The position numbers and the translations under genes were made by a program. Below, one piece after another: positions 49,722 through 60,847 of a stretch of DNA of 64,000 bases. The first letter of the stretch is position 1. The number at the start of each line of letters is the position of its first letter. The notes beneath the pieces are model-generated. The model was given only the letters and a program-made list of their open reading frames with translations. It was not told the origin of the DNA and ran no database searches. The stretch is from NCBI GenBank assembly GCA_963745075.1, contig CAVUWV010000008.1, positions 384,001 through 448,000 on the forward strand, written 5' to 3'. The DNA is from Candidatus Hydrogenedentota bacterium (GTDB taxonomy: Bacteria; Hydrogenedentota; Hydrogenedentia; Hydrogenedentales; SLHB01).

Positions 49722-50090
49722 ATGATTCAGATTTATTCCAATCTCGAAGTTGCCGATAACACCGGTGCCAGACGCCTTCGCTGCATCCAGGTGATGGGCG
49801 GAACCCGCCGGCGCTACGCCCACGTCGGCGACATCATCACCGCCTCCGTCAAAGAGGCGCTCCCCAATTCCGGCGTGAAAAAAGGCGACGTGGTCAAAGC
49901 CGTCATCGTGCGGACCAAACAGGACACCCAACGGCCCGACGGAACGATCATTCGCTTCGATTCCAACGCGGCCGTCTTGATCAATCCGAACAAGGAGCCG
50001 CGCGGCACCCGTATTTTCGGGCCCGTTCCGCGCGAACTTCGCGACCGTGGCTACATGCGAATCATTTCGCTGGCCCCGGAAGTCGTATAG
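49722..50090 (+). CDS. rplN: 50S ribosomal protein L14
   Basis: [27 protein letters not shown]. Confidence 0.99.
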   Translation: MIQIYSNLEVADNTGARRLRCIQVMGGTRRRYAHVGDIITASVKEALPNSGVKKGDVVKAVIVRTKQDTQRPDGTIIRFDSNAAVLINPNKEPRGTRIFGPVPRELRDRGYMRIISLAPEVV

Positions 50091-50102
50091 GGGTACGAGA
50101 CG

Positions 50103-50417
50103 ATGCACATTCAAAAAGGCGATACGGTGGTCGTGATCACCGGCAAATACAAGGGCCGCCGCGGCCGCGTGCTCCGCGTCATGCCCAAAGAGGATCGTCT
50201 CGTCGTGGAAGGCGTCAACATGATGAAACGCCATACCAAGCCGGGCAACCGCAACCAGCAGGGCGGGATCGTCGAACGCGAAGCCCCCATCCACATCTCC
50301 AATGTGATGGCGTGGTGCGCCTCCGCGAGCAGACCCTCCAAGATTCAGGTGCGAAAACTCGAAGACGGATCCCGGGTCCGAATCTACAAGGTTAACGGCG
50401 AAACGTTGACCGATTAG
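50103..50417 (+). CDS. rplX: 50S ribosomal protein L24
   Basis: KGDTVVVITGKYKG, EAPIHISNV. Confidence 0.98.
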   Translation: MHIQKGDTVVVITGKYKGRRGRVLRVMPKEDRLVVEGVNMMKRHTKPGNRNQQGGIVEREAPIHISNVMAWCASASRPSKIQVRKLEDGSRVRIYKVNGETLTD

Positions 50418-50503
50418 TTAAACGCAGTTTCACGAACGATCGGTGCGATCCCGTCGCGGCAATGCAACAACAAGCGGGACGCTCCGGCAGGAGAACAACT
50501 ACC

Positions 50504-51049
50504 GTGGCCGCCAGACTGAAAGAACTATACGCAACGAAGATCCTCCCCGAAATGCGGGAGCAGTTTAAGTACGAAAACACCATGCAGGTGCCCCACGTCG
50601 AGAAAATCGTCGTCAACATGGGCGTGGGCGACGGCCAATCCGACCCCCGCATGATGGAAGCCGCCGTGACGGAACTGACCGCGATTACGGGGCAGAAGCC
50701 CAGCATTCGCAAAGCGCGCAAGTCCATCGCGAACTTCAAAGTCCGCGAAGGCGCCAACATCGGCTGCATGGTCACCCTGCGCGGCGCGCGCATGTACGAA
50801 TTCATGGATCGCCTCCTGAACGTGGCGATCCCCCGTATCCGCGACTTTCGCGGCGTGTCGCCCAAGGCCTTCGACAAGTTCGGAAACTATACCCTGGGCA
50901 TCCGGGAACAGACCATCTTCCCGGAAGTGGATATCGACGCCGTCACCCGCGTCCGCGGGATGAACGTTACGTTCGTCGTTTCCAACGCGCGGTCCGCCGA
51001 CGAAAGCAGAGAGCTGTTGCGTAAATTTGGAATGCCGTTCCGCGCCTGA
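50504..51049 (+). CDS. rplE: 50S ribosomal protein L5
   Basis: GTG start after AGGAGA; KIVVNMGVG, ITGQKP, PRIRDFRG. Confidence 0.99.
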   Translation: MAARLKELYATKILPEMREQFKYENTMQVPHVEKIVVNMGVGDGQSDPRMMEAAVTELTAITGQKPSIRKARKSIANFKVREGANIGCMVTLRGARMYEFMDRLLNVAIPRIRDFRGVSPKAFDKFGNYTLGIREQTIFPEVDIDAVTRVRGMNVTFVVSNARSADESRELLRKFGMPFRA

Positions 51050-51088
51050 TGCGCACGGCGCCGCCCGCTTCGGGCTTAGGAGAGTATT

Positions 51089-51274
51089 GTGGCGAAGAAG
51101 TCGATGATTGCAAAGACCAAACGGACGCCCAAATTCAAGGTGCGCGGCTACAACCGCTGCCGCTTGTGCGGCCGTCCCCGAAGCTACATGCGTAAGTTCG
51201 GGATCTGCCGGATTTGCTTCCGGAAGCTCGCCCTCGAAGGGCTGCTCCCGGGCGTAACCAAATCCAGTTGGTAA
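51089..51274 (+). CDS. rpsN: 30S ribosomal protein S14, short Zn-binding (C+) type
   Basis: 61 aa, RC.LCGR...[15 protein letters not shown]. Confidence 0.98.
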   Translation: MAKKSMIAKTKRTPKFKVRGYNRCRLCGRPRSYMRKFGICRICFRKLALEGLLPGVTKSSW

Positions 51275-51324
51275 ACGACGCCCCAAGGCGTGGTCTCTAG
51301 AGCAGGAAAAAAGGAAACGAACCC

Positions 51325-51723
51325 ATGTCGATGAGCGACCCGATCGCAGATTTGCTGACGCGGATACGCAACGGACTCTCCGCCCGGCACGACCGCGTGG
51401 ACATGCCCGCTTCGCGCTTAAAAGAACAGATCTGTGCCGTGCTGCAGCAAGAAGGCTACATCGCCGGCTACAAACTCGTGGAGGACGCCAAACAGGGCAT
51501 CCTCCAAGTCAGCCTGCGCTATCTGGAAGACCAGAAACCCGTCGTCCGCGGGATGCGCCGCGTGAGCAAACCCAGTCTCCGCGTCTACGTCAAGAGCGAC
51601 GAGATTCGCCCGGTTCGCAGCGGCCTCGGAATCTCCATCCTCAGCACTTCCAAGGGCGTCATGACCGGCAAGCAAGCGCGCGACGGTAAAATGGGCGGTG
51701 AATTACTTTGCGAGGTCTGGTAG
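51325..51723 (+). CDS. rpsH: 30S ribosomal protein S8
   Basis: DPIADLLTRIRN, SKPSLRVY, STSKGVMT. Confidence 0.99.
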   Translation: MSMSDPIADLLTRIRNGLSARHDRVDMPASRLKEQICAVLQQEGYIAGYKLVEDAKQGILQVSLRYLEDQKPVVRGMRRVSKPSLRVYVKSDEIRPVRSGLGISILSTSKGVMTGKQARDGKMGGELLCEVW

Positions 51724-51753
51724 ACCTCGCCGTTGACGAAAGGAACCTAGACC

Positions 51754-52293
51754 GTGTCGAGAGTAGGGAAACTACCGGTAACCATTCCGGACGGAGTGAA
51801 ATGCGAACTCAAAGGTTCGCACCTGAAGGTCACCGGCCCGAAAGGTACGCTGGAGCGCACGCTCAGCCCGGAAATGAAGATCGCGATCGACGGGAACGGC
51901 ATCACCGTCGCCCGTCCCTCGGATCAACCCGGGCATCGTGCCACACACGGCCTGACCCGCGCCCTGATTCAGAACATGGTGACCGGCGTGACCGACGGGT
52001 ACATCAAGACCCTCGTCATTAACGGCGTCGGCTATCGTGCCGCCATGCAGGGCAAAGAGTTGAGCCTGTCCGTCGGATATAGCCACCCCGTGTCGCTCGC
52101 CCCGCCCGCCGGCATCACCTTCAGTGTCGACGGCACCCAGACCATCAAAGTCGAAGGGATCGACAAACAATTGGTGGGCCAAGTCGCGGCCAACGTCCGC
52201 GCGTGGCGCAAACCCGAACCCTACAAGGGCAAGGGCATCCGCTATGAGAACGAACAGATTCGCCGCAAGGTCGGTAAGGCCGGCGCGAAGTAA
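51754..52293 (+). CDS. rplF: 50S ribosomal protein L6
   Basis: MSRVGKLP, GVGYRA, PEPYKGKGIRY. Confidence 0.99.
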   Translation: MSRVGKLPVTIPDGVKCELKGSHLKVTGPKGTLERTLSPEMKIAIDGNGITVARPSDQPGHRATHGLTRALIQNMVTGVTDGYIKTLVINGVGYRAAMQGKELSLSVGYSHPVSLAPPAGITFSVDGTQTIKVEGIDKQLVGQVAANVRAWRKPEPYKGKGIRYENEQIRRKVGKAGAK

Positions 52294-52318
52294 TATCGCC
52301 AGGGAGAGTTGAGCGCAC

Positions 52319-52672
52319 ATGAATACTCGGCATGAAAAAATCGACCGCTTGGCACGGCGCCGCTTGCGCGTGCGGAAGTCCATCAGCGGAACCACCGAAC
52401 GGCCCCGGCTGACGGTGCGGTCCACGCTGAAGCACATTTACGCCCAAGTCATCGACGATACCACCGGCAAGACCTTGGCGTCCGCCTCCTCCGTGTCTCT
52501 GAAAATCACCGGAGGAAACGTCGACGCCGCCAAGACCGTCGGCAAAGCCCTGGCGGAAAGCGCCAAATCGGCCTCCGTCAAACAGGTCTGCTTCGACCGG
52601 AACGGCCGCTTGTATCACGGGCGCGTCAAGGCCTTGGCCGACGCCGCCCGCGAAGGTGGATTGGAATTCTAA
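52319..52672 (+). CDS. rplR: 50S ribosomal protein L18
   Basis: [31 protein letters not shown]. Confidence 0.98.
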   Translation: MNTRHEKIDRLARRRLRVRKSISGTTERPRLTVRSTLKHIYAQVIDDTTGKTLASASSVSLKITGGNVDAAKTVGKALAESAKSASVKQVCFDRNGRLYHGRVKALADAAREGGLEF

Positions 52673-52769
52673 TAGAACGGGTCAATGGCCGGAGGAACCG
52701 GCCGGGAAACGGAACCAGAGTAGAAGGCCGCCAAACGCATTCAGCGCAAGCGCGGCCGGGAGAGCGAGG

Positions 52770-53311
52770 TTGAGTACATCGCAAGGAAGACGGGAAGGTC
52801 GCGGAGATCGACGGCCGCGGTCCGATCAGTCGGATTCGAACTTCATTGAATCGGTCGTCAAAATCTACCGCGTCGCCAAAGTCGTCAAGGGCGGCCGTCG
52901 CTTCAGCTTCAGCGCCATCGTGGTCGTCGGCGACGGCAAAGGCCGCGTCGGCGCCGCCATGGGCAAGGCCCGGGAAGTGCCGGACGCCATTCGCAAGGCC
53001 ATCGAACGGGCCAAGCGCAACATGGTCGGGTGCCGATCGTCAGCACCACCATCCCCCACGAAATCGTGGGCCGCTCCGGATGCCGCCCGCGTTCTGCTGA
53101 AGCCCGCCTCCCTCGGTACCGGTATCGTGGCGGGCGGTCCCGTGCGCGCCGTCGTGGAAGCCGCCGGATACCAGAACATTCTGACGAAGTCGCTCGGCTC
53201 CAACAACGCCACCAACGTGGTGTGGGCCACCATGGACGGGCTGCAGCAGCTTCAAGACCGTCGAGGAAATCGCCGCCATGCGAGACTTGGAAGTCGCCGC
53301 GGTATCTGTAG
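52770..53311 (+). CDS. rpsE: 30S ribosomal protein S5 (frameshifts; both ends approximate)
   Basis: [39 protein letters not shown]. Confidence 0.95.
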
Positions 53312-53373
53312 CGTGTCGGCCGGCCTGCCGCGGCCGGAACCATCGACCGTATATTGGGTAAGGAATGTTTACG

Positions 53374-53873
53374 ATGGAACTGCAGCAAACTAGACAACAG
53401 CCCCGGGAGCGCGCCGCAAAGCGCAAGCGCGTCGGCCGGGGACCCGGCTCGCGGCAACGGAAAAACTGCCGGCCGCGGCCACAAGGGCCAGCGCTCGCGC
53501 GCCGGCGTGTCCCGCCGTGCCACGTTCGAAGGCGGCCAGATGCCCATGAACCGGCGTCTGCCCAAGCGCGGATTCAACCATCAGTCCCGCTTCCCGAGTG
53601 CCATTGTCAATGTGGATAACCTCGAGAGCGCCTTTGAATCCGGCGCCGAGGTCAACCCCGAATCGCTCGTCAGCGTCGGGTCTCGCCGATCCCGAAAAAG
53701 GCGGCGTCAAGATCCTCGGCCGCGGCGAACTGACCAAAAAGCTGATCGTCAAGACCAGCGCGATCAGTTCCGGCGCCCGGGCCAAGATTGAAGCCGCCGG
53801 CGGAACGGTCGAGCTGATTCCGAACATCGCCAAAAAACCCGCCGGCAAAAAGACCGTGAAGCAGGAGGGTTAG
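53374..53873 (+). CDS. rplO: 50S ribosomal protein L15 (frameshifts)
   Basis: [39 protein letters not shown]. Confidence 0.96.
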
Positions 53874-53875
53874 TA

Positions 53876-55219
53876 GTGTCCCAGCCCTTGGAAGCCTATA
53901 AGAATGCCTGGCGCATTCCCGAGCTGAAACAGCGCATCATTTTCACGCTGGTCATGCTCGCCATTTACCGGCTCGGCGCCCACGTGCCCACCCCCGGTAT
54001 TGACGGCAACGCCCTGTCCAAAATGATGCAAGACATGCAGGGCGGTCTGCTCGGCTTTTACGACATGTTCACCGGCGGCGCCTTCGAAAGCGCCACCGTG
54101 TTCGCCCTCGGCATCATGCCGTACATCAGCGCTTCCATTATCATTCAGTTGCTCGTTTCCGTCATGCCCGCCCTGGAAAAACTGCAAAAGGAAGGCGCCG
54201 AAGGTCAGAAAAAAATCACCGAATACACCCGCTACCTGACCATCGCCCTCTGCATCGTGCAGTCCATCGGCGTCGCGGTCTGGTTGAAGAACGCCAATTC
54301 GGCCGAAAACCCGATCCTCGTGAGCACCGGGATCTGGTTCTACTGCACCTGCATCATCACCTTCACGACCGGCACGGCCTTCATTATGTGGCAGGGCGAA
54401 CAAATCAGCGAACACGGCGTCGGCAACGGCATGTCGCTCATCATCTTCACCAGTATCGTGGCCCGCATGCCCAACGCCTTGTGGACCATGTTGCAGTTGT
54501 TCCGCGCGGGCGACCTCGACATCTTCAAGATCGGGTTGCTCGTCGCCCTCATGGTCGTGGTCATCGCCGGCGTCATCCTGGTCACCACCGGCCAGCGCCG
54601 CGTGCCCGTCCAATACCCCCGGCAGGTCAAGGGACGGAAGATGACCGCCGGAGGCCGCAACTACTTGCCCCTGCGCGTCAATCAGGCCGGCGTGATCCCC
54701 ATCATCTTCGCCAGCTCGATCATGATGCTTCCCGGAATGGTGGGCGGCGCGCTGAAATCGGAGACCGTAGACCCAATCTTCAGCTTCTTCAGCATCTACT
54801 TTGGATACGGCAGTCTTGGATACAGCGTGATTTACGGCGCATTGATTATCTTCTTCTGCTTCTTCTACACGGCCATCACCTTCAATCCAATTGAAATGGC
54901 CGACAACATGAAAAAGTACGGCGGCGTGGTCCTCGGCGTACGCCCGGGCAAAGCCACTGCCGAATACCTGAACCGCGTGATGACGCGCATTACCTTGGTC
55001 GGTTCGATCTTCCTGGCTGCCGTCGCACTGCTTCCGCACGTCGTCCAGTCCATGATGAACCTGAACTCGTGGCAAATCGCCCACTTCTTCGGCGGCACGA
55101 GCTTGCTGATTCTCGTCGGCGTGGCCCTGGATACCGTCCGCCAGATCGAGACGCACCTGACCATGCGCAACTACGACGGATTCATGAAAGGACGGCGCAT
55201 GAAAGGCCGCCGTCTCTAA
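53876..55219 (+). CDS. secY: Preprotein translocase subunit SecY
   Basis: FALGIMPYISASII, GVGNGMSLIIF, AGVIPIIFASS, FGGTSLLILVGV. Confidence 0.99.
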   Translation: MSQPLEAYKNAWRIPELKQRIIFTLVMLAIYRLGAHVPTPGIDGNALSKMMQDMQGGLLGFYDMFTGGAFESATVFALGIMPYISASIIIQLLVSVMPALEKLQKEGAEGQKKITEYTRYLTIALCIVQSIGVAVWLKNANSAENPILVSTGIWFYCTCIITFTTGTAFIMWQGEQISEHGVGNGMSLIIFTSIVARMPNALWTMLQLFRAGDLDIFKIGLLVALMVVVIAGVILVTTGQRRVPVQYPRQVKGRKMTAGGRNYLPLRVNQAGVIPIIFASSIMMLPGMVGGALKSETVDPIFSFFSIYFGYGSLGYSVIYGALIIFFCFFYTAITFNPIEMADNMKKYGGVVLGVRPGKATAEYLNRVMTRITLVGSIFLAAVALLPHVVQSMMNLNSWQIAHFFGGTSLLILVGVALDTVRQIETHLTMRNYDGFMKGRRMKGRRL

Positions 55220-55346
55220 CAGCCCGGTCTTCGGGCCCGTATTCGACAACATTGATGCGAAGGAACCACACGGGTCCCTCGCCGGGAGATACACTGGAAC
55301 CGCGACGACCAAAACGCGAAGTAAGCGCCGAGCGAAGGTAACGGAA

Positions 55347-56033
55347 TTGGCCGTGGGATTGCGAATCATCATACTCGGAGCGCCCGGCGCCGGAAAAGGT
55401 ACCCAGGCCAGGCGGCTGGCCGCCCGGCGGAATCTCCCGCACGTATCGACCGGAGATATTTTCCGGGAGCACTTGACCCGGGATACGGCCTTTTCCCGGA
55501 AGATACGCCCGTTCATGGAATCGGGCGCGCTGGTGCCGGACAACCTGACCTGCGCCATCGTGGAAGAGCGCCTGGCCGAGCCCGATTGCGCCGTCGGTTA
55601 CGTGCTGGATGGGTTTCCCCGTTCCCTGTCCCAGGCCGAAGCCTTGGACCAGCTCCTCAACGAGCGCGGGGAGCGAATCGACGTCGCGATTAATCTGGAC
55701 GTGCCGGACGACGAAATCGTCGCGCGCCTCAGTGCGCGCAGAACGTGCGCTGTTTGTGGTACCATATATAGTTTGAAATTCGATCCGCCCAAGGGCGACG
55801 GAACCCATTGCACCCAGAACGGGTGCAACGGCCTACTCGTCCAACGGCCCGATGATAACGAGGAAACGATCCGGCAGCGTCTGGTCGTATATCACCAGAT
55901 GACTGAAACGATTATCGCTTTCTATCGAACGCGCGGTCTGCTCCGCTCGATACCCGGCGACATCGCCCCGGACGATGTCTCGGCAAAAATTGAAGAGATT
56001 TTGTGCGCTCTGGAAGTGGTTCGAGAACCATGA
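55347..56033 (+). CDS. adk: Adenylate kinase with Cys-containing LID
   Basis: GAPGAGKGTQA, STGDIFR, LDGFPR, CAVC...C....C, QRPDD. Confidence 0.97.
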   Translation: MAVGLRIIILGAPGAGKGTQARRLAARRNLPHVSTGDIFREHLTRDTAFSRKIRPFMESGALVPDNLTCAIVEERLAEPDCAVGYVLDGFPRSLSQAEALDQLLNERGERIDVAINLDVPDDEIVARLSARRTCAVCGTIYSLKFDPPKGDGTHCTQNGCNGLLVQRPDDNEETIRQRLVVYHQMTETIIAFYRTRGLLRSIPGDIAPDDVSAKIEEILCALEVVREP

Positions 56034-56809
56034 TTACCTGTCGTTCCGAAAAGGAAATCGACATCCTCCGCGAAGCCAATCAATGCGTCGCGGAGGTCTT
56101 GGTGACCTTGGCCGGCATGGTGGAACCCGGAATCGCGACCCGAGAGCTGGATGTTGCGGCCGAAAAACTGATTCGCGCGTTGGGCGGCGAACCCTCGTTT
56201 CTCGGGTACCACGGCTATCCCAAAAGTACCTGCATCTCCGTCGACGAAGTCATCGTCCACGGGATACCGGGTAAACGGAAGCTGAAAGAGGGCGAAATCG
56301 TCAGCATGGACGTCGGCGTCTTCTACCGCGGGTACCACGGCGACGCCGCGGTCACCGTGCCCTGCGGCACGGCCGACGCGAAACGGCAGCGTCTCATGGA
56401 GATTACGGATCTCGCCCTCAGCCGGGCCATTGCCGCGGCGCGGGCCGGAAACTATCTGGACGATATCTCCCGGGCCGTTCAGGAGACGAGCGAAGACGCC
56501 GGCTTTTCCATCGTGCGCGACTTCGTCGGCCACGGCATCGGCACGCGAATGCACGAGGAGCCGCAGATACCGAACTTCGTCGTTCCGGGTTCGCGCGGCC
56601 CCAAGCTCAAAGCGGGCATGGTGCTCGCCATCGAACCGATGGTGAACACCGGCTCGCCCGAAGTGAAAGTGCTTCGGGACGGGTGGACCGCCGTCACGGC
56701 CGACGGAAAGCCCAGTGCGCATTTTGAACACAGCATAGTGGTCCGCGAGTCGGGAGGCGAAATCCTCTCGGCGACCCCCAAATTGGTTTGGGGAAAGCGG
56801 GTCGCGTGA
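56030..56809 (+). CDS. map: Methionine aminopeptidase type I
   Basis: VHGIP, DVG...GYHGD, GHGIG..MHEEP, AIEPM, SAHFEH. Confidence 0.98.
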   Translation: MITCRSEKEIDILREANQCVAEVLVTLAGMVEPGIATRELDVAAEKLIRALGGEPSFLGYHGYPKSTCISVDEVIVHGIPGKRKLKEGEIVSMDVGVFYRGYHGDAAVTVPCGTADAKRQRLMEITDLALSRAIAAARAGNYLDDISRAVQETSEDAGFSIVRDFVGHGIGTRMHEEPQIPNFVVPGSRGPKLKAGMVLAIEPMVNTGSPEVKVLRDGWTAVTADGKPSAHFEHSIVVRESGGEILSATPKLVWGKRVA

Positions 56810-56854
56810 CGGCAGCTCCCGCGAGCCGCCGGGAAGTTCAGTACATAGACACGT

Positions 56855-57073
56855 ATGCAGAAAGAAGAAGCCATAGAAGTTGAAGGGACGGTCGTGGAAC
56901 CGCTGCCCAACGCGATGTTTCGCGTCGAGCTGAAAAACGGCCACACCGTACTGGCGCATATCTCCGGCAAGATGCGGATGAACTTCATCCGAATCCTCCC
57001 CGGCGACCGCGTCAAGTTGGAAATGTCACCCTACGACTTGAGCCGTGGGCGGATTACGTACCGTTACAAGTAG
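56855..57073 (+). CDS. infA: Translation initiation factor IF-1
   Basis: [27 protein letters not shown]. Confidence 0.99.
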   Translation: MQKEEAIEVEGTVVEPLPNAMFRVELKNGHTVLAHISGKMRMNFIRILPGDRVKLEMSPYDLSRGRITYRYK

Positions 57074-57169
57074 TTCGAGCAACGCCGGTCCGAGGCCCGT
57101 TTCCGGAACGAGTCAGGTCTTATGCCTGACCCAGCGGCGCGCGTGTCAACGCAGCGCGTGGAGTGAACG

Positions 57170-57283
57170 ATGAAGGTAAGAAGTTCCGTTAAGAAAATTT
57201 GCGAAAAGTGCAAGATTATCCGCCGGCACGGCCGGGTCCGGGTGATCTGTGAAAACCCCCGCCACAAACAACGGCAAGGGTAA
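57170..57283 (+). CDS. rpmJ: 50S ribosomal protein L36 (Zn-binding type)
   Basis: Hand-translated [37 protein letters not shown]. Confidence 0.98.
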   Translation: MKVRSSVKKICEKCKIIRRHGRVRVICENPRHKQRQG

Positions 57284-57334
57284 CCCGGAAGCTGAAGGGG
57301 CCGAACCATCCCCTTCGTGAGGAGAACGTATTCC

Positions 57335-57700
57335 ATGGCACGTGTAGTTGGTATCGACCTTCCCCGCGAAAAACGCGTGGAAATCGGGGTGCAGTACATC
57401 TACGGCATCGGGCCGACCCGCGCGAAAGCGCTCATGGCCGAAACGGGCATCAACCCCAGTACGCGCGTCCGCGATCTCACGGACGAGGAAGTCAGCCGCC
57501 TGACGACGGCCATCACGGCCAAGTACGCCGTGGAAGGCGATCTGCGCCGTGAAGTCATGTCCAACATCAAGCGGTTGATGGACATCAACGCCTACCGCGG
57601 TCAGCGCCACAAGCGCGGCCTGCCGGTGCGCGGGCAGCGTACCCATACGAACGCCCGGACCCGCAAGGGACCGCGCGGCGCGACAGTCAAGAAGAAATAG
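57335..57700 (+). CDS. rpsM: 30S ribosomal protein S13
   Basis: [31 protein letters not shown]. Confidence 0.99.
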   Translation: MARVVGIDLPREKRVEIGVQYIYGIGPTRAKALMAETGINPSTRVRDLTDEEVSRLTTAITAKYAVEGDLRREVMSNIKRLMDINAYRGQRHKRGLPVRGQRTHTNARTRKGPRGATVKKK

Positions 57701-57787
57701 CGGATCGAGATCGCGCGGTGGAACCGCGCGCACGTGAAATTGGCCGGAGCGGAACAGCCGCCCGGCATACCCAGGAGGCACAGGTCA

Positions 57788-58186
57788 GTGGCCAAGGAAA
57801 AGAGGAAGACAAAGGGCAAGAAACGGCGTACCGCCCTGAACGTCACGTCGGGTGTCGCGCACATCCAGGCAACGTTCAACAACACCATCGTGTCCATTAC
57901 GGACAGCCAGGGCAACGTCATCTCGTGGTCGAGCGCCGGACAAGTCGGGTTCGTCGGTTCGCGCAAGAGCACGGCGTTTGCTGCCCAGGTCGCAGCCGAA
58001 GCCGCCGCGCAAAAGGCGCGCGAAGTCGGCCTGCGCGAAGTGCGGGTCCACGTGAACGGTCCCGGCGCGGGCCGCGAATCCGCCATCCGGGCGATTCAGG
58101 CCACCGGCCTGGACATCACCCTGATTCGAGACGTAACCAGCATCCCACACAACGGTTGCCGGCCGCCCAAACGCCGCCGCGTGTAG
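57788..58186 (+). CDS. rpsK: 30S ribosomal protein S11
   Basis: GTG start after [33 protein letters not shown]. Confidence 0.99.
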   Translation: MAKEKRKTKGKKRRTALNVTSGVAHIQATFNNTIVSITDSQGNVISWSSAGQVGFVGSRKSTAFAAQVAAEAAAQKAREVGLREVRVHVNGPGAGRESAIRAIQATGLDITLIRDVTSIPHNGCRPPKRRRV

Positions 58187-58276
58187 CGACGCCTTGCGCC
58201 GCTGCAACCTTTTCCACGACAGCAACGTATGTGGAACACCTGAGAACAGGCCGCACTGCCGGGGAGAACGATACGA

Positions 58277-59299
58277 ATGATAGCTCAAGATTTCGTGATA
58301 CCGAAATTTGTCAAGATTGACGATGGCGCCACGGGCCAGTATGCCCGCTACACGGTCGAAGCCTTCGAACGTGGCTACGGCACGACGATAGGGAATTCCC
58401 TGCGCCGCGTCCTGCTCGCTTCCCTGGAGGGATCGGCCGTGACCGCCATCCGCATCGAAGGGATTCAGCACGAGTTCTCGGCTATTCCAGGCGTCAAAGA
58501 AGACGTCACCGACGTCGTCCTGAATTTCAAAAAGTCCCAGTTGCGTCTGAACCGCGATGAACCCATCATCTTCACGTTCAAGCACCAGGGCCAGGGCGAA
58601 GTCACCGCCGGAACCGTGTTCAAGGATCAGGACATCGAGGTGTTCAACCCCGATCACGTGATCTACACCTCCACCAACGCCTCCAACACAGTGGAAATGG
58701 AAATCAAGGTCGCCCGGGGCCGCGGCTACCAGACCGCCGACCACTTCGAGTTGGAACATGCCGCCATCGGCACCATCTACCTCGACGCCAACTTCTCGCC
58801 GGTCACGCGCGTGAACTTCTCCGTGGAAGACGCCCGCGTCGGCCAGCGCACCGACTACGACCGCCTGATCATGGAGATCTGGACGAACGGCTCGATTACC
58901 CCGGAAATCGCCATGGAAGAAGCGGCCGCCCTGCTCATCGACCACCTCAAGATCTTCGTGCAGCAGCGTCAGGAAATCGACGTCACCGGCGGCGCCGGCG
59001 CGCCCGAAGACCCCGAAATGGCCCGCACCTTGTCGCGGCCCGTCGAAGAACTCGAACTGAGCGTCCGCGCGGCGAACTGCCTCAAGGCGGCCAACATCCG
59101 GACCATCGGCGACCTGGTCGTGCGCAGCGAAGCGGAAATGCTGCAGTTTCACAACTTCGGCAAGAAGTCGCTCGATGAGATTAAAGCGATTCTCGAAAGC
59201 CTCGGGCTCGGTCTCGGCATGAACGTCGGTGTTGCCGCCGCCGTCCCCGCGGGAGCCGGCGAAGAATCGGATGTAGAAGAATACGACGAAGACGAGTAA
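58277..59299 (+). CDS. rpoA: RNA polymerase alpha subunit
   Basis: [44 protein letters not shown]. Confidence 0.99.
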   Translation: MIAQDFVIPKFVKIDDGATGQYARYTVEAFERGYGTTIGNSLRRVLLASLEGSAVTAIRIEGIQHEFSAIPGVKEDVTDVVLNFKKSQLRLNRDEPIIFTFKHQGQGEVTAGTVFKDQDIEVFNPDHVIYTSTNASNTVEMEIKVARGRGYQTADHFELEHAAIGTIYLDANFSPVTRVNFSVEDARVGQRTDYDRLIMEIWTNGSITPEIAMEEAAALLIDHLKIFVQQRQEIDVTGGAGAPEDPEMARTLSRPVEELELSVRAANCLKAANIRTIGDLVVRSEAEMLQFHNFGKKSLDEIKAILESLGLGLGMNVGVAAAVPAGAGEESDVEEYDEDE

Positions 59300-59335
59300 G
59301 CACGAAAACGCGATAGCGATAGAGGTACACGACCA

Positions 59336-59710
59336 ATGAGGCACCGCAAGGCAGGACGACGGCTGGGGCGCAACACCAGTCACCGCAAGGCGACGATGAA
59401 AAATCTCGCCCTGGCGCTGTTCAAACATAACGCCATCGAAACGACCGTGGCGAAATCCAAGGAGCTGCGTGGCTTCGCCGAGCCGCTCATCACCATGGCC
59501 CGCGAAGACACCGTGGCAAACCGCCGCCGTGCCTTTGCCGAACTTCGCGACAACGCGGTCGTCACCAAGCTGTTTGCCGAGATCGCGCCCGCCTTCGCCG
59601 ACCGGCCCGGCGGGTACACCCGCATCCTGAAGCTCGGCAACCGCAACGGCGACGCGGCCCCCATGGCCCGCATCGAACTCGTCGGCCTGGGCGAATACAA
59701 AGAAGACTGA
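59336..59710 (+). CDS. rplQ: 50S ribosomal protein L17
   Basis: [24 protein letters not shown]. Confidence 0.99.
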   Translation: MRHRKAGRRLGRNTSHRKATMKNLALALFKHNAIETTVAKSKELRGFAEPLITMAREDTVANRRRAFAELRDNAVVTKLFAEIAPAFADRPGGYTRILKLGNRNGDAAPMARIELVGLGEYKED

Positions 59711-59738
59711 TTTCAAAAGACCACTTCGGGATTATATG

Positions 59739-59777
59739 ACCCGCGAGCGCAATTGCCACGCTCGCGGGTTTCGTTCT
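59739..59777 (+). terminator. Terminator-like hairpin after rplQ
   Basis: ACCCGCGAGCG-loop-CGCTCGCGGGT then TTCGTTCT. Confidence 0.7.
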
Positions 59778-59878
59778 GTCGAGAAATAGGCGCATGCGGT
59801 TCCCGGCGACCGCGTGCTCCCTGTCGTAATCGTTATCGTCGAAATCCCTGCTGTCCGTGACCGTCCGAGTGCTTCCCC

Positions 59879-60847
59879 TCAATACCCTCGCGCCGCCTGC
59901 ATCACGCGCACGTTCTCCAGACCTTCCCGGCCCGGCACCAGAAACTCCGACCCTTCCAGCACGGCCCGGCCGAAGGCTTCCACTTCATTGCGGTACGGGT
60001 TCACGTTATGCGCGCCCGACACCTTCGGTTCCCCGTTGCCGCGCCCTCGCACGATCAAGCCGCCGTGACCGAAGTACGTTTTCTCGCAGACGCAATAGGC
60101 ATCCGTGCCGTACATCTCGATACGCGCAAGACCGCCCGCCCCGGTCGATGCGTCCGCAATGGCTACCGCGCCGCTCTTGAACCGCATCGTCACGATGGCG
60201 TGGTCATCGGTTTCAAAGCCCCAGCGCGGACTCGTCAAAATTCCCTGCGCCGCGTCCACATCACCCATAAACCAGCGGCACAGATCGATCAGATGCGTCC
60301 CAATATCGCAAAGCGCCCAACCGCCCGACGTTTCCTTCTTCTGACGCCATTCGGCCGGCGCTTCCGGATACGCGAAATAGAGCTGCGCCCGGAAAAACAC
60401 CGGATCCCCGAAGTTTCCCGATTTCCATTCCTGTCGCACCTCCTGATGGAGCGGGTGATGGCGCAGGTGGTACCCGATCCCGAGTTGTCGGCCCCCGGCC
60501 TCCGCCGCGGCCAGCATCGCCTCGCATTCGGTGACCGTCAGCGCCATAGGCTTTTCGCACAACACGTGCTTGCCCGCGTTCAATGCGGCGATCGTTTGGG
60601 GCGCATGAAGGTAGTTGGGGCTGGCCACCCAGACAACTTGAACCTCATCATCCGCCAGAAACGCATCGAGATCGGCGTATCCCTTGTCAACCTCATGCTT
60701 TTCGCAGAACGCGTCCGCCGATTCCTGCTTACTGCTTAACACCGCATGCAGCGCCGCATTGTCCGCCGCAGCAATCGCCGGTCCGAAGGTCGAATCCGCC
60801 CAGCCGGTGGTCCCAATGAGCCCCCACGCAATCTGTGACTTCGCCAT
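59879..60847 (-). CDS. Cytoplasmic Gfo/Idh/MocA oxidoreductase
   Basis: WGLIGT, ASPNYLH, HVLCEKPMA, GGWALCDIGTHLID. Confidence 0.92.
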   Translation of the reverse strand: MAKSQIAWGLIGTTGWADSTFGPAIAAADNAALHAVLSSKQESADAFCEKHEVDKGYADLDAFLADDEVQVVWVASPNYLHAPQTIAALNAGKHVLCEKPMALTVTECEAMLAAAEAGGRQLGIGYHLRHHPLHQEVRQEWKSGNFGDPVFFRAQLYFAYPEAPAEWRQKKETSGGWALCDIGTHLIDLCRWFMGDVDAAQGILTSPRWGFETDDHAIVTMRFKSGAVAIADASTGAGGLARIEMYGTDAYCVCEKTYFGHGGLIVRGRGNGEPKVSGAHNVNPYRNEVEAFGRAVLEGSEFLVPGREGLENVRVMQAARGY

